Shown one piece after another: positions 9,168 through 17,012 of a stretch of DNA of 36,126 nucleotides. The stretch is taken from NCBI GenBank assembly GCA_018303515.1, contig JAGVXZ010000004.1, positions 1 through 36,126 of the forward strand. Reading direction: 5' to 3'. Position numbers and translations under genes: made by a program. The notes below the pieces were generated by a model. The model was given only the letters and a program-made list of their open reading frames with translations, ran no database searches and was not told where the DNA came from. Position 1 is the stretch's first letter, and each line of letters begins with the position of its first letter. Source of the DNA: Candidatus Woesearchaeota archaeon. GTDB lineage: Archaea > Nanobdellota > Nanobdellia > SCGC-AAA011-G17 > GW2011-AR18.

Positions 9168-10260
9168 AAAGGAATCTGATCAAAAGGTTATAAAAAAAAT
9201 TGAAAGTTTAGCTAAAGATGTAATAAATGAAATAAATAAAGAACAAAACCCTGAAGTAAAATTTCCTTTAAGGGGTTTAGCAAATGTACATTTTGATGAA
9301 AAAGAACAAGTTATCAAGATGGGTAATAAAACCCAGTCAAGAGTTTTTTTTAATGTTGGGCAAGCAAAGAAATTTATGCAAACTTTCTTGGTTGCAAAAG
9401 TTCTAAAAGATTTAATAAAACAAGGAATTACAACACCAATTAGGTCAATATATTATAATTCTAAACATGTTATTGCTGATACAAAAGAAGAAACATGGAC
9501 TGATCAAAGTGAGTCAGATCCAATTATAGAAGATTTAGAAGTAACTCTTAATGCTTTGAGGGAAGAATTGCATATTAGGGCTGGCGCTAAAGGTGCGATG
9601 GTTGGGAATTTAACTATAATTGATGCTGGAGACAGAATTGATTTGAGAAAAATGGGTTCAGGTGGTTGGTCTGTTCCTTCAATTGTTGAAAATGAAATAA
9701 TTCAATTTGATAAATGTGATGCAGAATATATTCTTTTTATAGAAAAAGATACTATTTGGAGTAGGTTTAATGAAGATAAGTTTTGGAAAAAAAATAAATG
9801 TATAATCTTACATGGTGGAGGGCAGCCACCAAGAGGTGTGAGGAGGTTGTTAAGGAGAATGCACGAAGAACTTAAATTGCAAGTATATGTTTTGGTTGAT
9901 AGTGATGTTTATGGTGCTTATATTTATTCAGTTGTTAAACAAGGTTCTATTAATTTAGCGTTTGAATCTCTTAGAATGGCAGTACCTAAAGCAAGATTTC
10001 TTGGTTTGAGTGCGTTTGATTTTGAGAGATATAATTTGCCAAAATCTGTAGTTTTAAAACTTAAAGATGTTGATATTAAAAGAATAAAAGAAGTAATGAA
10101 TTACCCCTGGTTCCAGAAAAAAGAATGGCAGAAGGAATTGAAATATATGTTAAAAACTGGAGTTAAATTGGAATTAGAGGCTTTATCTTCGAAGAATTTT
10201 AAGTTTATAACTGAAGAGTATGTCCCACAGAAGATAAGAAATAAGGAGTGGCTTGATTAG
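9157..10260 (+). CDS. top6A: DNA topoisomerase VI subunit A (Spo11 family)
   Basis: SIYY catalytic-tyrosine region, Toprim (ILFIEKDT..., [21 protein letters not shown]). ATG 9157 overlaps the top6B end by 11 nt. The track start at 9115 lies within top6B. Confidence 0.93.
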   Translation: MVSKKESDQKVIKKIESLAKDVINEINKEQNPEVKFPLRGLANVHFDEKEQVIKMGNKTQSRVFFNVGQAKKFMQTFLVAKVLKDLIKQGITTPIRSIYYNSKHVIADTKEETWTDQSESDPIIEDLEVTLNALREELHIRAGAKGAMVGNLTIIDAGDRIDLRKMGSGGWSVPSIVENEIIQFDKCDAEYILFIEKDTIWSRFNEDKFWKKNKCIILHGGGQPPRGVRRLLRRMHEELKLQVYVLVDSDVYGAYIYSVVKQGSINLAFESLRMAVPKARFLGLSAFDFERYNLPKSVVLKLKDVDIKRIKEVMNYPWFQKKEWQKELKYMLKTGVKLELEALSSKNFKFITEEYVPQKIRNKEWLD

Positions 10261-10297
10261 AAATCTTTTTAAGTTGTTTTTATTGTTCTAATTATGT

Positions 10298-10400
10298 GTC
10301 CTCGTAGCTTAGCGGTTTGAGCATTCGAAGTGATGACTTTTTGTCTTTGCTGGTGAAGCTGTTAACCGAAAGGTCGGCGGTTCGAATCCGCCCGAGGACG
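10298..10400 (+). tRNA. tRNA-Asn (GTT) with a 30-nt intron at non-canonical position 30/31 (intron about 10328-10357)
   Basis: Manual fold. Acceptor GTCCTCG/CGAGGAC; D arm GCTT-AGCGGTTT-GAGC; T arm GGCGG-TTCGAAT-CCGCC; variable AGGTC. The anticodon stem TTCG|G / CCGAA with loop CTGTTAA forms only after removing 10328-10357. A relaxed BHB can be drawn. No CCA is encoded. Confidence 0.8.
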
Positions 10401-10401
10401 A

Positions 10402-10410
10402 TTTATTTTT
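10402..10410 (+). terminator. oligo-T tract after tRNA-Asn
   Basis: TTTATTTTT lies directly 3' of the discriminator. Archaeal termination typically uses T-runs. Confidence 0.35.
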
Positions 10411-10422
10411 CTTTAAGAAACT

Positions 10423-10430
10423 TTTATAAG
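10423..10430 (+). promoter_or_regulatory. TATA box (TTTATAAG) upstream of tRNA-Ile
   Basis: Ends 27 nt before tRNA position +1 (10457), which predicts at most a 3-4 nt 5' leader. Confidence 0.4.
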
Positions 10431-10456
10431 TCTCTCTTTTTGTTCAACATATATAT

Positions 10457-10531
10457 GGGCCTGTGGCTTAGTCTGGCTAGAGCACTCGACTGATAATCGA
10501 GAGGTCGTGAGTTCAAATCTCATCAGGCCCA
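10457..10531 (+). tRNA. tRNA-Ile (GAT), intron-less
   Basis: Manual cloverleaf of 75 nt. GGGCCTG/CAGGCCC acceptor; D arm GCTT-AGTCTGGCTA-GAGC; anticodon arm CTCGA-CTGATAA-TCGAG; AGGTC; T arm GTGAG-TTCAAAT-CTCAT; discriminator A. Confidence 0.93.
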
Positions 10532-10532
10532 C

Positions 10533-10542
10533 TTTATTTTTT
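10533..10542 (+). terminator. oligo-T tract after tRNA-Ile
   Basis: TTTATTTTTT immediately 3' of the tRNA. Confidence 0.35.
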
Positions 10543-10549
10543 GGAAATA

Positions 10550-10557
10550 TTTATAAT
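10550..10557 (+). promoter_or_regulatory. TATA box (TTTATAAT) for a leaderless SET-domain mRNA
   Basis: Ends 24 nt before ATG 10581. Confidence 0.4.
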
Positions 10558-10580
10558 CTCCTCAAAATTTCTGTATTGAG

Positions 10581-11099
10581 ATGAAAGCAATACTAGTAAC
10601 AAAACAAATGATAACAACTTCTGAATATATAGAAGTTAGAACTTCTTTAATTCACGGGAGTGGTATCTATGCAAAAAAAGATATTCCAAAAGAAACTAGA
10701 ATAATTGAATATATAGGTGAAAAAATCTCTCGTTTGAAAAGTGAATTGTTTGATGAAAATCCTGAGAAGGGCATTTATCTTTTTGAATTAAATAAGAAAT
10801 ATGATCTTGATGGGAATGTAGAATATAATACTGCTCGATTTATAAATCATTCTTGTAACCCTAATTGTTATGTTGAAATAAAAAATGAGGAAATTTGGAT
10901 TCTTTCTATAAATGAAATTAAGAAAGGAGAAGAGTTAACTTATGATTATGGATTTCCTTTATTCAATTTTTTAAATTATAAATGTAATTGCGGTACAAAA
11001 AAATGTGTTGGCTATATTGTTGAAAGAGATTTATGGCCAAAGATGTTTAAAAAATTGATTAAAATGAAAAAGAAAAATTTAGTTCTCTCTAATAAATAA
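10581..11099 (+). CDS. SET-domain protein-lysine methyltransferase
   Basis: GSGIYA, ARFINHSCNPNC, ELTYDY and the post-SET cysteine cluster CNCGTKKCVG. 172 aa. Confidence 0.85.
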   Translation: MKAILVTKQMITTSEYIEVRTSLIHGSGIYAKKDIPKETRIIEYIGEKISRLKSELFDENPEKGIYLFELNKKYDLDGNVEYNTARFINHSCNPNCYVEIKNEEIWILSINEIKKGEELTYDYGFPLFNFLNYKCNCGTKKCVGYIVERDLWPKMFKKLIKMKKKNLVLSNK

Positions 11100-11332
11100 A
11101 TTTTATTTCTTTTAGTATTATTCTTCATCAATAAACTTTGTGTATTTAGAATAGTTTACTACTGTTACTATTACTTACTTTGTTTTGTTCTAGTGAAAAA
11201 TTAAATAGGTGATAATTACTTAAGAAAATTAGAGTCCCATATTAGCTAGACTTCGTAAGCTTTAAATATTAGTAATTCAAAAGTTAGTTTTGTAAAACTT
11301 ATAATTAAGTTATTAAAAAAGGGAGGTGTTTA

Positions 11333-11560
11333 ATGATGGCTGTAAGAAGAAAACCAACAGTTGCTAGAAGGGTTGCACCAACAGTTAGTTCTTCAGGTGG
11401 TTCGTGTCCAATGAATAAAAGTTGGTGTGTTGTCTGTGGACTAGTCTTTTTAGTGTTTGGTGTTGCGTTATTCAAGGGAATCTGGAGTCTTGAAATGGTA
11501 GTAGCATTACTATTAATTCTCTGTGGATTAAAGCATCTATTTTTTGGTTTAAGGGGCTAA
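11333..11560 (+). CDS. small Arg-rich two-TM membrane protein, unknown function
   Basis: 75 aa with a basic N-terminus (MMAVRRKPTVARRVAP) followed by two hydrophobic helices. Preceded by the strongest SD in the window (GGGAGGTG, 11321-11328). Locally GC-richer than its surroundings. Confidence 0.5.
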   Translation: MMAVRRKPTVARRVAPTVSSSGGSCPMNKSWCVVCGLVFLVFGVALFKGIWSLEMVVALLLILCGLKHLFFGLRG

Positions 11561-11565
11561 GTTCC

Positions 11566-11581
11566 TTTTTTTCTTTTTTTT
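11566..11581 (+). terminator. long oligo-T tract after the small membrane-protein gene
   Basis: TTTTTTTCTTTTTTTT begins 6 nt after the stop codon. Confidence 0.4.
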
Positions 11582-11638
11582 ATAAATTTATTTGTCTTAA
11601 GATAAGTTATGTTTATGACTCTTCGTAGTAATTGAAGT

Positions 11639-13618
11639 TTAGCTGACTTTAGAATTATTTTCTATTTTTTTATCTATTGTTAATAATGTTAATTTATTAT
11701 TTTTGGATGCTGCTAATAACATTCCATCACTATTTACTCCTCTTAATTTAGTAGGTTTTAAATTTACGATTATTGGGATTTGTTTATTTTTTAATTCTTC
11801 TTTTGTGTAATAATCTTTTATTCCAGAAACAATTTGTATCTCTCTCTCACCTAGATCTACTTTAAGTATAAATAATTTATCTGCATTGGGATGATCTTCT
11901 ATCCTAATTATTGTTCCAATTCTTATGTCTAATTTTTGAAATTCTTCTAATTCCACTTTACTTTCTTCTTTGAAGTATTCTGTCACTTTTGAGACAATTT
12001 GTTTAATTTTTTTCAATTGTTCATCTTCTATTTTATTAAATAATATTTTTGGTTTGTTAATCTTATGTGTAGGTTTTATATTAAAAATTTCTATTTTAGA
12101 GAAGTCTCTCTCTTTTGAATTTATTATTTCTAATAATTCTTTTGATTTGGATGGAATATATGGTAAAAGTAATATTCCGATTTTTTCACAGATGTTAATG
12201 CACAAATACATAATTGTTTTAGATCTCTCTTCATTACTCCATGGAGCATTGTCTTGAAAATATTTATTTGTATATGCTGAAATCTTTAGAATATTTTCTA
12301 ATCCTTCTCTTAATTTTACCTTTTCAATAATTTCTAATGTATTTTTGATTTCCTTTGTTATGATTGAAATGAAATGTTTATCTTCTTCTGTTAAATCAGG
12401 CTCAGGGACTTTACCATTAAAATTTTTTTGTAAAAATGTAGTTGTTCTATTAATTAAATTTCCAATATTTCCAATTAAATCGCTATTGATTCTTTCTTTG
12501 AATTCATTCCAGAGGAAGTCAGTATCTTTGGTTTCAGGTATTAAATATGTAGAGTAAAATCTCCAATAATCTGAATCTAATCCTGCTTTTGCTAAGTTTT
12601 CACAAAAGACTCCAAAACTCTTACTTTTTGAGATTTTTTGTCTTTCATAGTTACAATATTGTAATCCTACTACATTATATGCTAATGAAAATCTTTTATC
12701 TGCCAATAACATTCCAGGGAAAAAAATAGTATGAAATGGAATATTATCTTTACCAATAAAATTATACATTTTAGAATTTGTCCAGAAATCTCTCCATTTT
12801 TCTTTATTCCATTCTTTTGTTGAGGAGATATATCCTATCGGTGCGTCAAACCAGACGTAGAATACTTTATTTTCATATCCATCTAATGGAACTTTAATAC
12901 CCCACTTTAAATCTCGGGTTATACATCTAGGTTTTAATCCTTCTTTTATCCATGATAAAGCTAAGTTTTTAACTTGTATTCTTAATTGATCATTTTCGTT
13001 AATCCATTTCTTTAATTCGGGTTCTAATTTATTTAATTTTAAGAACAAATGTTTTTCATCTCTAAATTCAATTTTTTTAGAATTACAAATTGTACATTTT
13101 GGATTTATTAATTGGATTGGATCTAATACTGAACTACAAGATTCGCATTGATCTCCTCTAGCTTGTTTATCACATTTTGGGCATTCTCCTTCAATATACC
13201 TATCTGCTAATTGTTTTTCACATTCTAAACAAAATGGTAATTTTAGAGTTTTTTCTTCTATGAATCCATTTTTGTAAATATTCTTAAACATTTCTTGTGT
13301 TATTTCATGATGAATTGGTTTTGATGTTCTGGAAAAATTGTCGTAACTTAAATTCCACCAATCGTAAATGTCTTTATGTATATTGTAAAAAAAATCACAA
13401 AGTTCTTTTGGGGTTATTCCTGCTTTATATGCTGCAATTTCTGAGGCTGTACCATGTTCATCAGTTCCACCAATAAATATTGTTTCATTACCTGAAAGTC
13501 TATGGAATCTTGCGTAGATATCTGCTGGTAAGTGACTCCCTACAATGTTTCCAATGTGTGGGACATTATTTGTGTATGGTAATGCTGCTGTGATTAGAAT
13601 TTTTTGTTTTAGTTTACA
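11639..13618 (-). CDS. metG: methionyl-tRNA synthetase with C-terminal Trbp111/EMAP-like tRNA-binding domain; start codon unresolved
   Basis: The frame is open from 13618 to the stop at 11639. HIGH motif (PHIGN), zinc knuckles (CLEC..CPKC..CESC..CTIC), KMSKS (KISKS) and a C-terminal OB domain (LDIRIGTI...NADKLF...VNSDGMLLAA). The track ORF (start 13291) omits 109 N-terminal codons that have no in-frame ATG/GTG/TTG (see findings). Confidence 0.9.
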   Translation of the reverse strand, partial: CKLKQKILITAALPYTNNVPHIGNIVGSHLPADIYARFHRLSGNETIFIGGTDEHGTASEIAAYKAGITPKELCDFFYNIHKDIYDWWNLSYDNFSRTSKPIHHEITQEMFKNIYKNGFIEEKTLKLPFCLECEKQLADRYIEGECPKCDKQARGDQCESCSSVLDPIQLINPKCTICNSKKIEFRDEKHLFLKLNKLEPELKKWINENDQLRIQVKNLALSWIKEGLKPRCITRDLKWGIKVPLDGYENKVFYVWFDAPIGYISSTKEWNKEKWRDFWTNSKMYNFIGKDNIPFHTIFFPGMLLADKRFSLAYNVVGLQYCNYERQKISKSKSFGVFCENLAKAGLDSDYWRFYSTYLIPETKDTDFLWNEFKERINSDLIGNIGNLINRTTTFLQKNFNGKVPEPDLTEEDKHFISIITKEIKNTLEIIEKVKLREGLENILKISAYTNKYFQDNAPWSNEERSKTIMYLCINICEKIGILLLPYIPSKSKELLEIINSKERDFSKIEIFNIKPTHKINKPKILFNKIEDEQLKKIKQIVSKVTEYFKEESKVELEEFQKLDIRIGTIIRIEDHPNADKLFILKVDLGEREIQIVSGIKDYYTKEELKNKQIPIIVNLKPTKLRGVNSDGMLLAASKNNKLTLLTIDKKIENNSKVS

Positions 13619-13811
13619 TCACTCCTTTTTTATGTTATTTGTTAAGATTTATAAGCATTACTATTATTTAATTTTTTTGGAATGTTTTGAGTGAGGATTG
13701 AAAAACTATAAAAATGAGTGATTGGTTGATTATAATATTAAGTTTGACCGTAATTGCTGTTATTTATTGGGTTTTTATTGGGGAAAAGATTCAAGGGGGC
13801 ATGTTAAAAGA

Positions 13812-14219
13812 ATGAGAGAACCAAAATCAATGGATGAATGTGTTTATTTTACTAAACGTAAGGATAGTGAGAGCTTTGCTAAAGTATGGGTTTTTAAGGG
13901 TCAGTGTCCTGAATGTAAAATCGGCTTGATGGGAAAACCTCGTGATTCTAAAACAGGGAGAGCAAAGATTAGATCAAATGATTATGTTTGTCCGGAATGT
14001 AATTATACTGCTGAGAAAAGTAAGTATGAAGAAACTTTAACAGCTAGTATACAATATGAATGTAAGTGCGGAAATAAATCTGGAATTGAAGTACCTTTTA
14101 AAAGAAAAAAAGTAATGAGGTTTGACGAAGAAGATCAAAAAAAGAGATCTGTTGATGCTTTGGTATTCAATTGTTCAAAATGTGATCAGAGATTTTTAAT
14201 AACAAAGAAAATGAAATGA
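13812..14219 (+). CDS. double zinc-ribbon protein, unknown function
   Basis: Four Cys pairs: CPEC...CPEC and CKCG...CSKC. ATG 13812 is preceded by AAGGGGG (13793-13799), the same RBS-like motif seen before MCM. The track's TTG 13722 extension looks non-coding. Confidence 0.5.
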   Translation: MREPKSMDECVYFTKRKDSESFAKVWVFKGQCPECKIGLMGKPRDSKTGRAKIRSNDYVCPECNYTAEKSKYEETLTASIQYECKCGNKSGIEVPFKRKKVMRFDEEDQKKRSVDALVFNCSKCDQRFLITKKMK

Positions 14220-14225
14220 TTTTAT

Positions 14226-14840
14226 TTATAAGTTCATTCTTGTTTTGAAAAAGTTCTCTTTGTTTTTTGCTTGTAAATAAAAATTTGTTTGTTTTTGTTC
14301 TTTTAATGTTGCAAAAGGTTTATTTCCATAATCATGTCCAGGGTATATAATAATATCTTCTGGAAGTTTGAGAATTAGATGGTATAATGATTTGTACATA
14401 TGTTCTATGTTTGCGCCTTGTAAATCACATCTTCCACAACTATCTATAAATAATGTATCTGATGTGAATAATTTATTCTCTGCTAAAATACAAATGCAAT
14501 CGTAAATATGCCCGGGCGTATGTAATATTTTTAATTTTGAATTACCCAGGCTTATTTTTTCTTTGTGTTTAAGTTTTTTAGTTACTTCTTGTTTAAAAGA
14601 CTCGTGTGCATAAATAGGAATGTTATTTTCTTTATAGAACTCGTAACCTACCAAATGATCAAAATGGGAATGTAGAATAATTACAAAGTTTAGTTTTAAA
14701 TTGTTGTTTTTTATAAAATTTAGTAATAAATCCGGATTTATAGAGGTATCTATAATAGCCGCATCTTTACTTTTATTGTCGAAGAGGATATAACAAAAGT
14801 TAGAATCAAATCCTCCTTTGAAGGTTTTTAGTTCTAGCAT
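14226..14840 (-). CDS. MBL-fold metallo-hydrolase (glyoxalase II-like)
   Basis: HSHFDH motif, HTPGH, and D/H ligands downstream. ATG 14840 (MLELKTF...) lies 23 nt from the palindromic TATA at 14863-14870, so I prefer it to the track start at 14858. Confidence 0.8.
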   Translation of the reverse strand: MLELKTFKGGFDSNFCYILFDNKSKDAAIIDTSINPDLLLNFIKNNNLKLNFVIILHSHFDHLVGYEFYKENNIPIYAHESFKQEVTKKLKHKEKISLGNSKLKILHTPGHIYDCICILAENKLFTSDTLFIDSCGRCDLQGANIEHMYKSLYHLILKLPEDIIIYPGHDYGNKPFATLKEQKQTNFYLQAKNKENFFKTRMNL

Positions 14841-14862
14841 AAAATTGCAACCAACCATAATC

Positions 14863-14870
14863 TTTATAAA
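14863..14870. promoter_or_regulatory. palindromic TATA box TTTATAAA, possibly bidirectional
   Basis: It is 23 nt from the MBL ATG (14840) on the minus strand. On the plus strand it is the only TATA-like element ahead of the uL3 operon. Confidence 0.4.
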
Positions 14871-15010
14871 TATGGCTGAAACTCTTGTTCTTACCCTATT
14901 GATTATTGTGCGTCGATTCGCATGAAAAAGCCGTTGATTCTATTGTAGATTGTCGTTAGCGCGAGGTGAGTTGGAGACAAAAGGATAACATATTTTGATG
15001 GAAGAGAAAA

Positions 15011-15997
15011 ATGCCAAACGTACATAGACCAAGAGCAGGAAGTCTGCAGTTTTGGCCGAGAAAGAAGGCCAAACGTATTTATTCTAGAGTGAGATCTTGG
15101 TTAGGCTCTAAAATCCCCTCTTTGCAAGGGTTTGCGGGTTATAAAGCAGGAATGACTCATGTTGTTTTGAAGGATAATAGGCCTCATTCGTTGACTAAAG
15201 GTAAAAATATTGTTTGGCCCGCAACTGTTATTGAGTGTCCTCCTTTAAAGATTCTTTCTTTCAAATTCTATCAAAATTCAGGGCCTTATGGTTCAAAACT
15301 TATTTCTGAGGTTTTTGTTTCAAATAAATTGGATAAATCTCTTGGAAAAAAAGTTAATTTACCTAAAAATTATGATTCTGAAATAAAGTTAAAAGAAATT
15401 AATTTTGAAACTATTGATTTTGTACGTGGTTTGTTTTATACTCAACCTAGATTAGTTGGTTTTGCTAGAAAAAAACCGGAAATATTTGAAATTGATGTTG
15501 GTGGAAGGGATCCTAAGTCTCAGTTTGATTATTTAAAAAATCTAGTTGGAAAAGAATTAAGAGTTGTTGATTTCTTTAAAAGTCAAAGGATGGTTGATGT
15601 ACACGCTGTAACTAAGGGAAAAGGTTTTCAAGGTGTTGTTAAAAGAATGGGTGTAACTCTTAAATCTCATAAGTCTGAGAAAGGACAAAGAAGAGCTGTG
15701 TTGGGCCCAGAAGGTTATGGAAAAGTAAAGTTTAGTGCACCTTTGGCTGGACAATTAGGCTATCAAACTAGAACTGAATATAATAAGGAAATTATTGCTT
15801 TAGGTAGTAATGGAGAAGATGTAAATCCCAGTGGGGGTTTTTTGAATTATGGTTTGATTAAGAATGATTATGTTTTAATAAAAGGTTCAATTCCTGGCCC
15901 TTCAAAAAGAATGATACGATTTACAGAACCAATAAGGGGAAGAGTTACTGGATCAAATTTAGAATTGAAACAAATTATATTGGAGAGTAAACAATGA
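15011..15997 (+). CDS. rpl3: 50S ribosomal protein uL3
   Basis: HRPRAGSLQFWPRKKA N-terminus, FAGYKAGMTHV, KGKGFQGVVKR. Confidence 0.95.
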   Translation: MPNVHRPRAGSLQFWPRKKAKRIYSRVRSWLGSKIPSLQGFAGYKAGMTHVVLKDNRPHSLTKGKNIVWPATVIECPPLKILSFKFYQNSGPYGSKLISEVFVSNKLDKSLGKKVNLPKNYDSEIKLKEINFETIDFVRGLFYTQPRLVGFARKKPEIFEIDVGGRDPKSQFDYLKNLVGKELRVVDFFKSQRMVDVHAVTKGKGFQGVVKRMGVTLKSHKSEKGQRRAVLGPEGYGKVKFSAPLAGQLGYQTRTEYNKEIIALGSNGEDVNPSGGFLNYGLIKNDYVLIKGSIPGPSKRMIRFTEPIRGRVTGSNLELKQIILESKQ

Positions 15998-16752
15998 AAG
16001 TTGATGTGCTTGATTTAAATGGTAAGAAATTGAAACAAATAGAATTACCTTATCAGTTTACTGAACCTTATCATCCAAATTTAATTAAAAGGGCTGTTGC
16101 TGTAATAATGAGTAAGTTAAGGCAAGTTTATGGTCATAAGGAAGGAGCAGGTATGGGTTATTCTGCAAAGATATCTCGTAGGAGAAGAAATTATAAAGGT
16201 GCTTATGGTCATGGATATTCAAGGGTACCTAGAAAAACAATGTTAAGGAGAGGGAGACAGTTTCATTGGGTTGGGGCTGTAGCTCCAGGTACTGTTGGTG
16301 GTAGGAGAGCTCATGGTCCTAATTTTGAAAAGGATTTTTCTCAAAAGATAAATAAAAAAGAAAGAAAAAAAGCAATAAGGTCATTATTAGGTGCATCCTT
16401 TGAACAAAAAAAGATGATTGTTTTTGAAGATAAGTTAGAGGCTTTAAAGAAAACTAAAGAAGTTGTAATTACTTTGGAGAACTCTTCTCTTAAAAATGAA
16501 TTAGAGAAGGTAACAAAAACTGTTCGTTCTGGAAAAGGAAAAATGAGGGGGCGAAAGTATAAAACAAAGAAAGGATTGTTATTTGTGGTTTCAAAAACTT
16601 GTGATTTGAGTAAGTCAGCTCGTTCTTTATTGGGTGCGGATGTTGTTAATGTATCATCTTTAAATGTGTCAGATATTGCAAAAGGAAGTGAATTGAGGAC
16701 TTCTGTTTGGACTGAAGGCGCTGTAAAAAAAGTGGGGGCTTTATTTAAATAA
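15994..16752 (+). CDS. rpl4: 50S ribosomal protein uL4
   Basis: ATGA overlap with uL3. YGHKEGAGMGYSAK...VPRK...GGRRAHGP. Confidence 0.92.
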   Translation: MKVDVLDLNGKKLKQIELPYQFTEPYHPNLIKRAVAVIMSKLRQVYGHKEGAGMGYSAKISRRRRNYKGAYGHGYSRVPRKTMLRRGRQFHWVGAVAPGTVGGRRAHGPNFEKDFSQKINKKERKKAIRSLLGASFEQKKMIVFEDKLEALKKTKEVVITLENSSLKNELEKVTKTVRSGKGKMRGRKYKTKKGLLFVVSKTCDLSKSARSLLGADVVNVSSLNVSDIAKGSELRTSVWTEGAVKKVGALFK

Positions 16753-16753
16753 A

Positions 16754-17011
16754 ATGGATCCTTATCAAGTTATTAAAAAGCCTTTATCGACAGAAAAGGC
16801 TGTGAGAGAGATGGAGTCTGGAAATAAATTACTTTTTGAAGTAGATCATAAAGCAACAAAAACGATGATTAAAAAATCAGTAGAAAAGATTTTTAATATA
16901 AAGGTAAGTGAGGTTAATACACTTGTAACTAAAGAGGGTAAAAAAAGAGCTTATGTATCGTTTAAAGAAGGTGTGGCCGCTGATATAATGACACAAATGG
17001 GACTGATGTAA
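16754..17011 (+). CDS. rpl23: 50S ribosomal protein uL23
   Basis: 85 aa, IKKPLSTEKAVREME..NKLLFEVDHKATK..IK..VEKIF. Confidence 0.9.
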   Translation: MDPYQVIKKPLSTEKAVREMESGNKLLFEVDHKATKTMIKKSVEKIFNIKVSEVNTLVTKEGKKRAYVSFKEGVAADIMTQMGLM

Positions 17012-17012
17012 T

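Noticed and set aside
13619-13621. Reading the in-frame TGA upstream of metG as a sense codon (alternative genetic code) to find an upstream start.
   Set aside because: TGA is clearly used as a stop throughout the window (many ATGA junctions, and xth ends in TGA). In addition, no ATG appears in the next several upstream in-frame codons.
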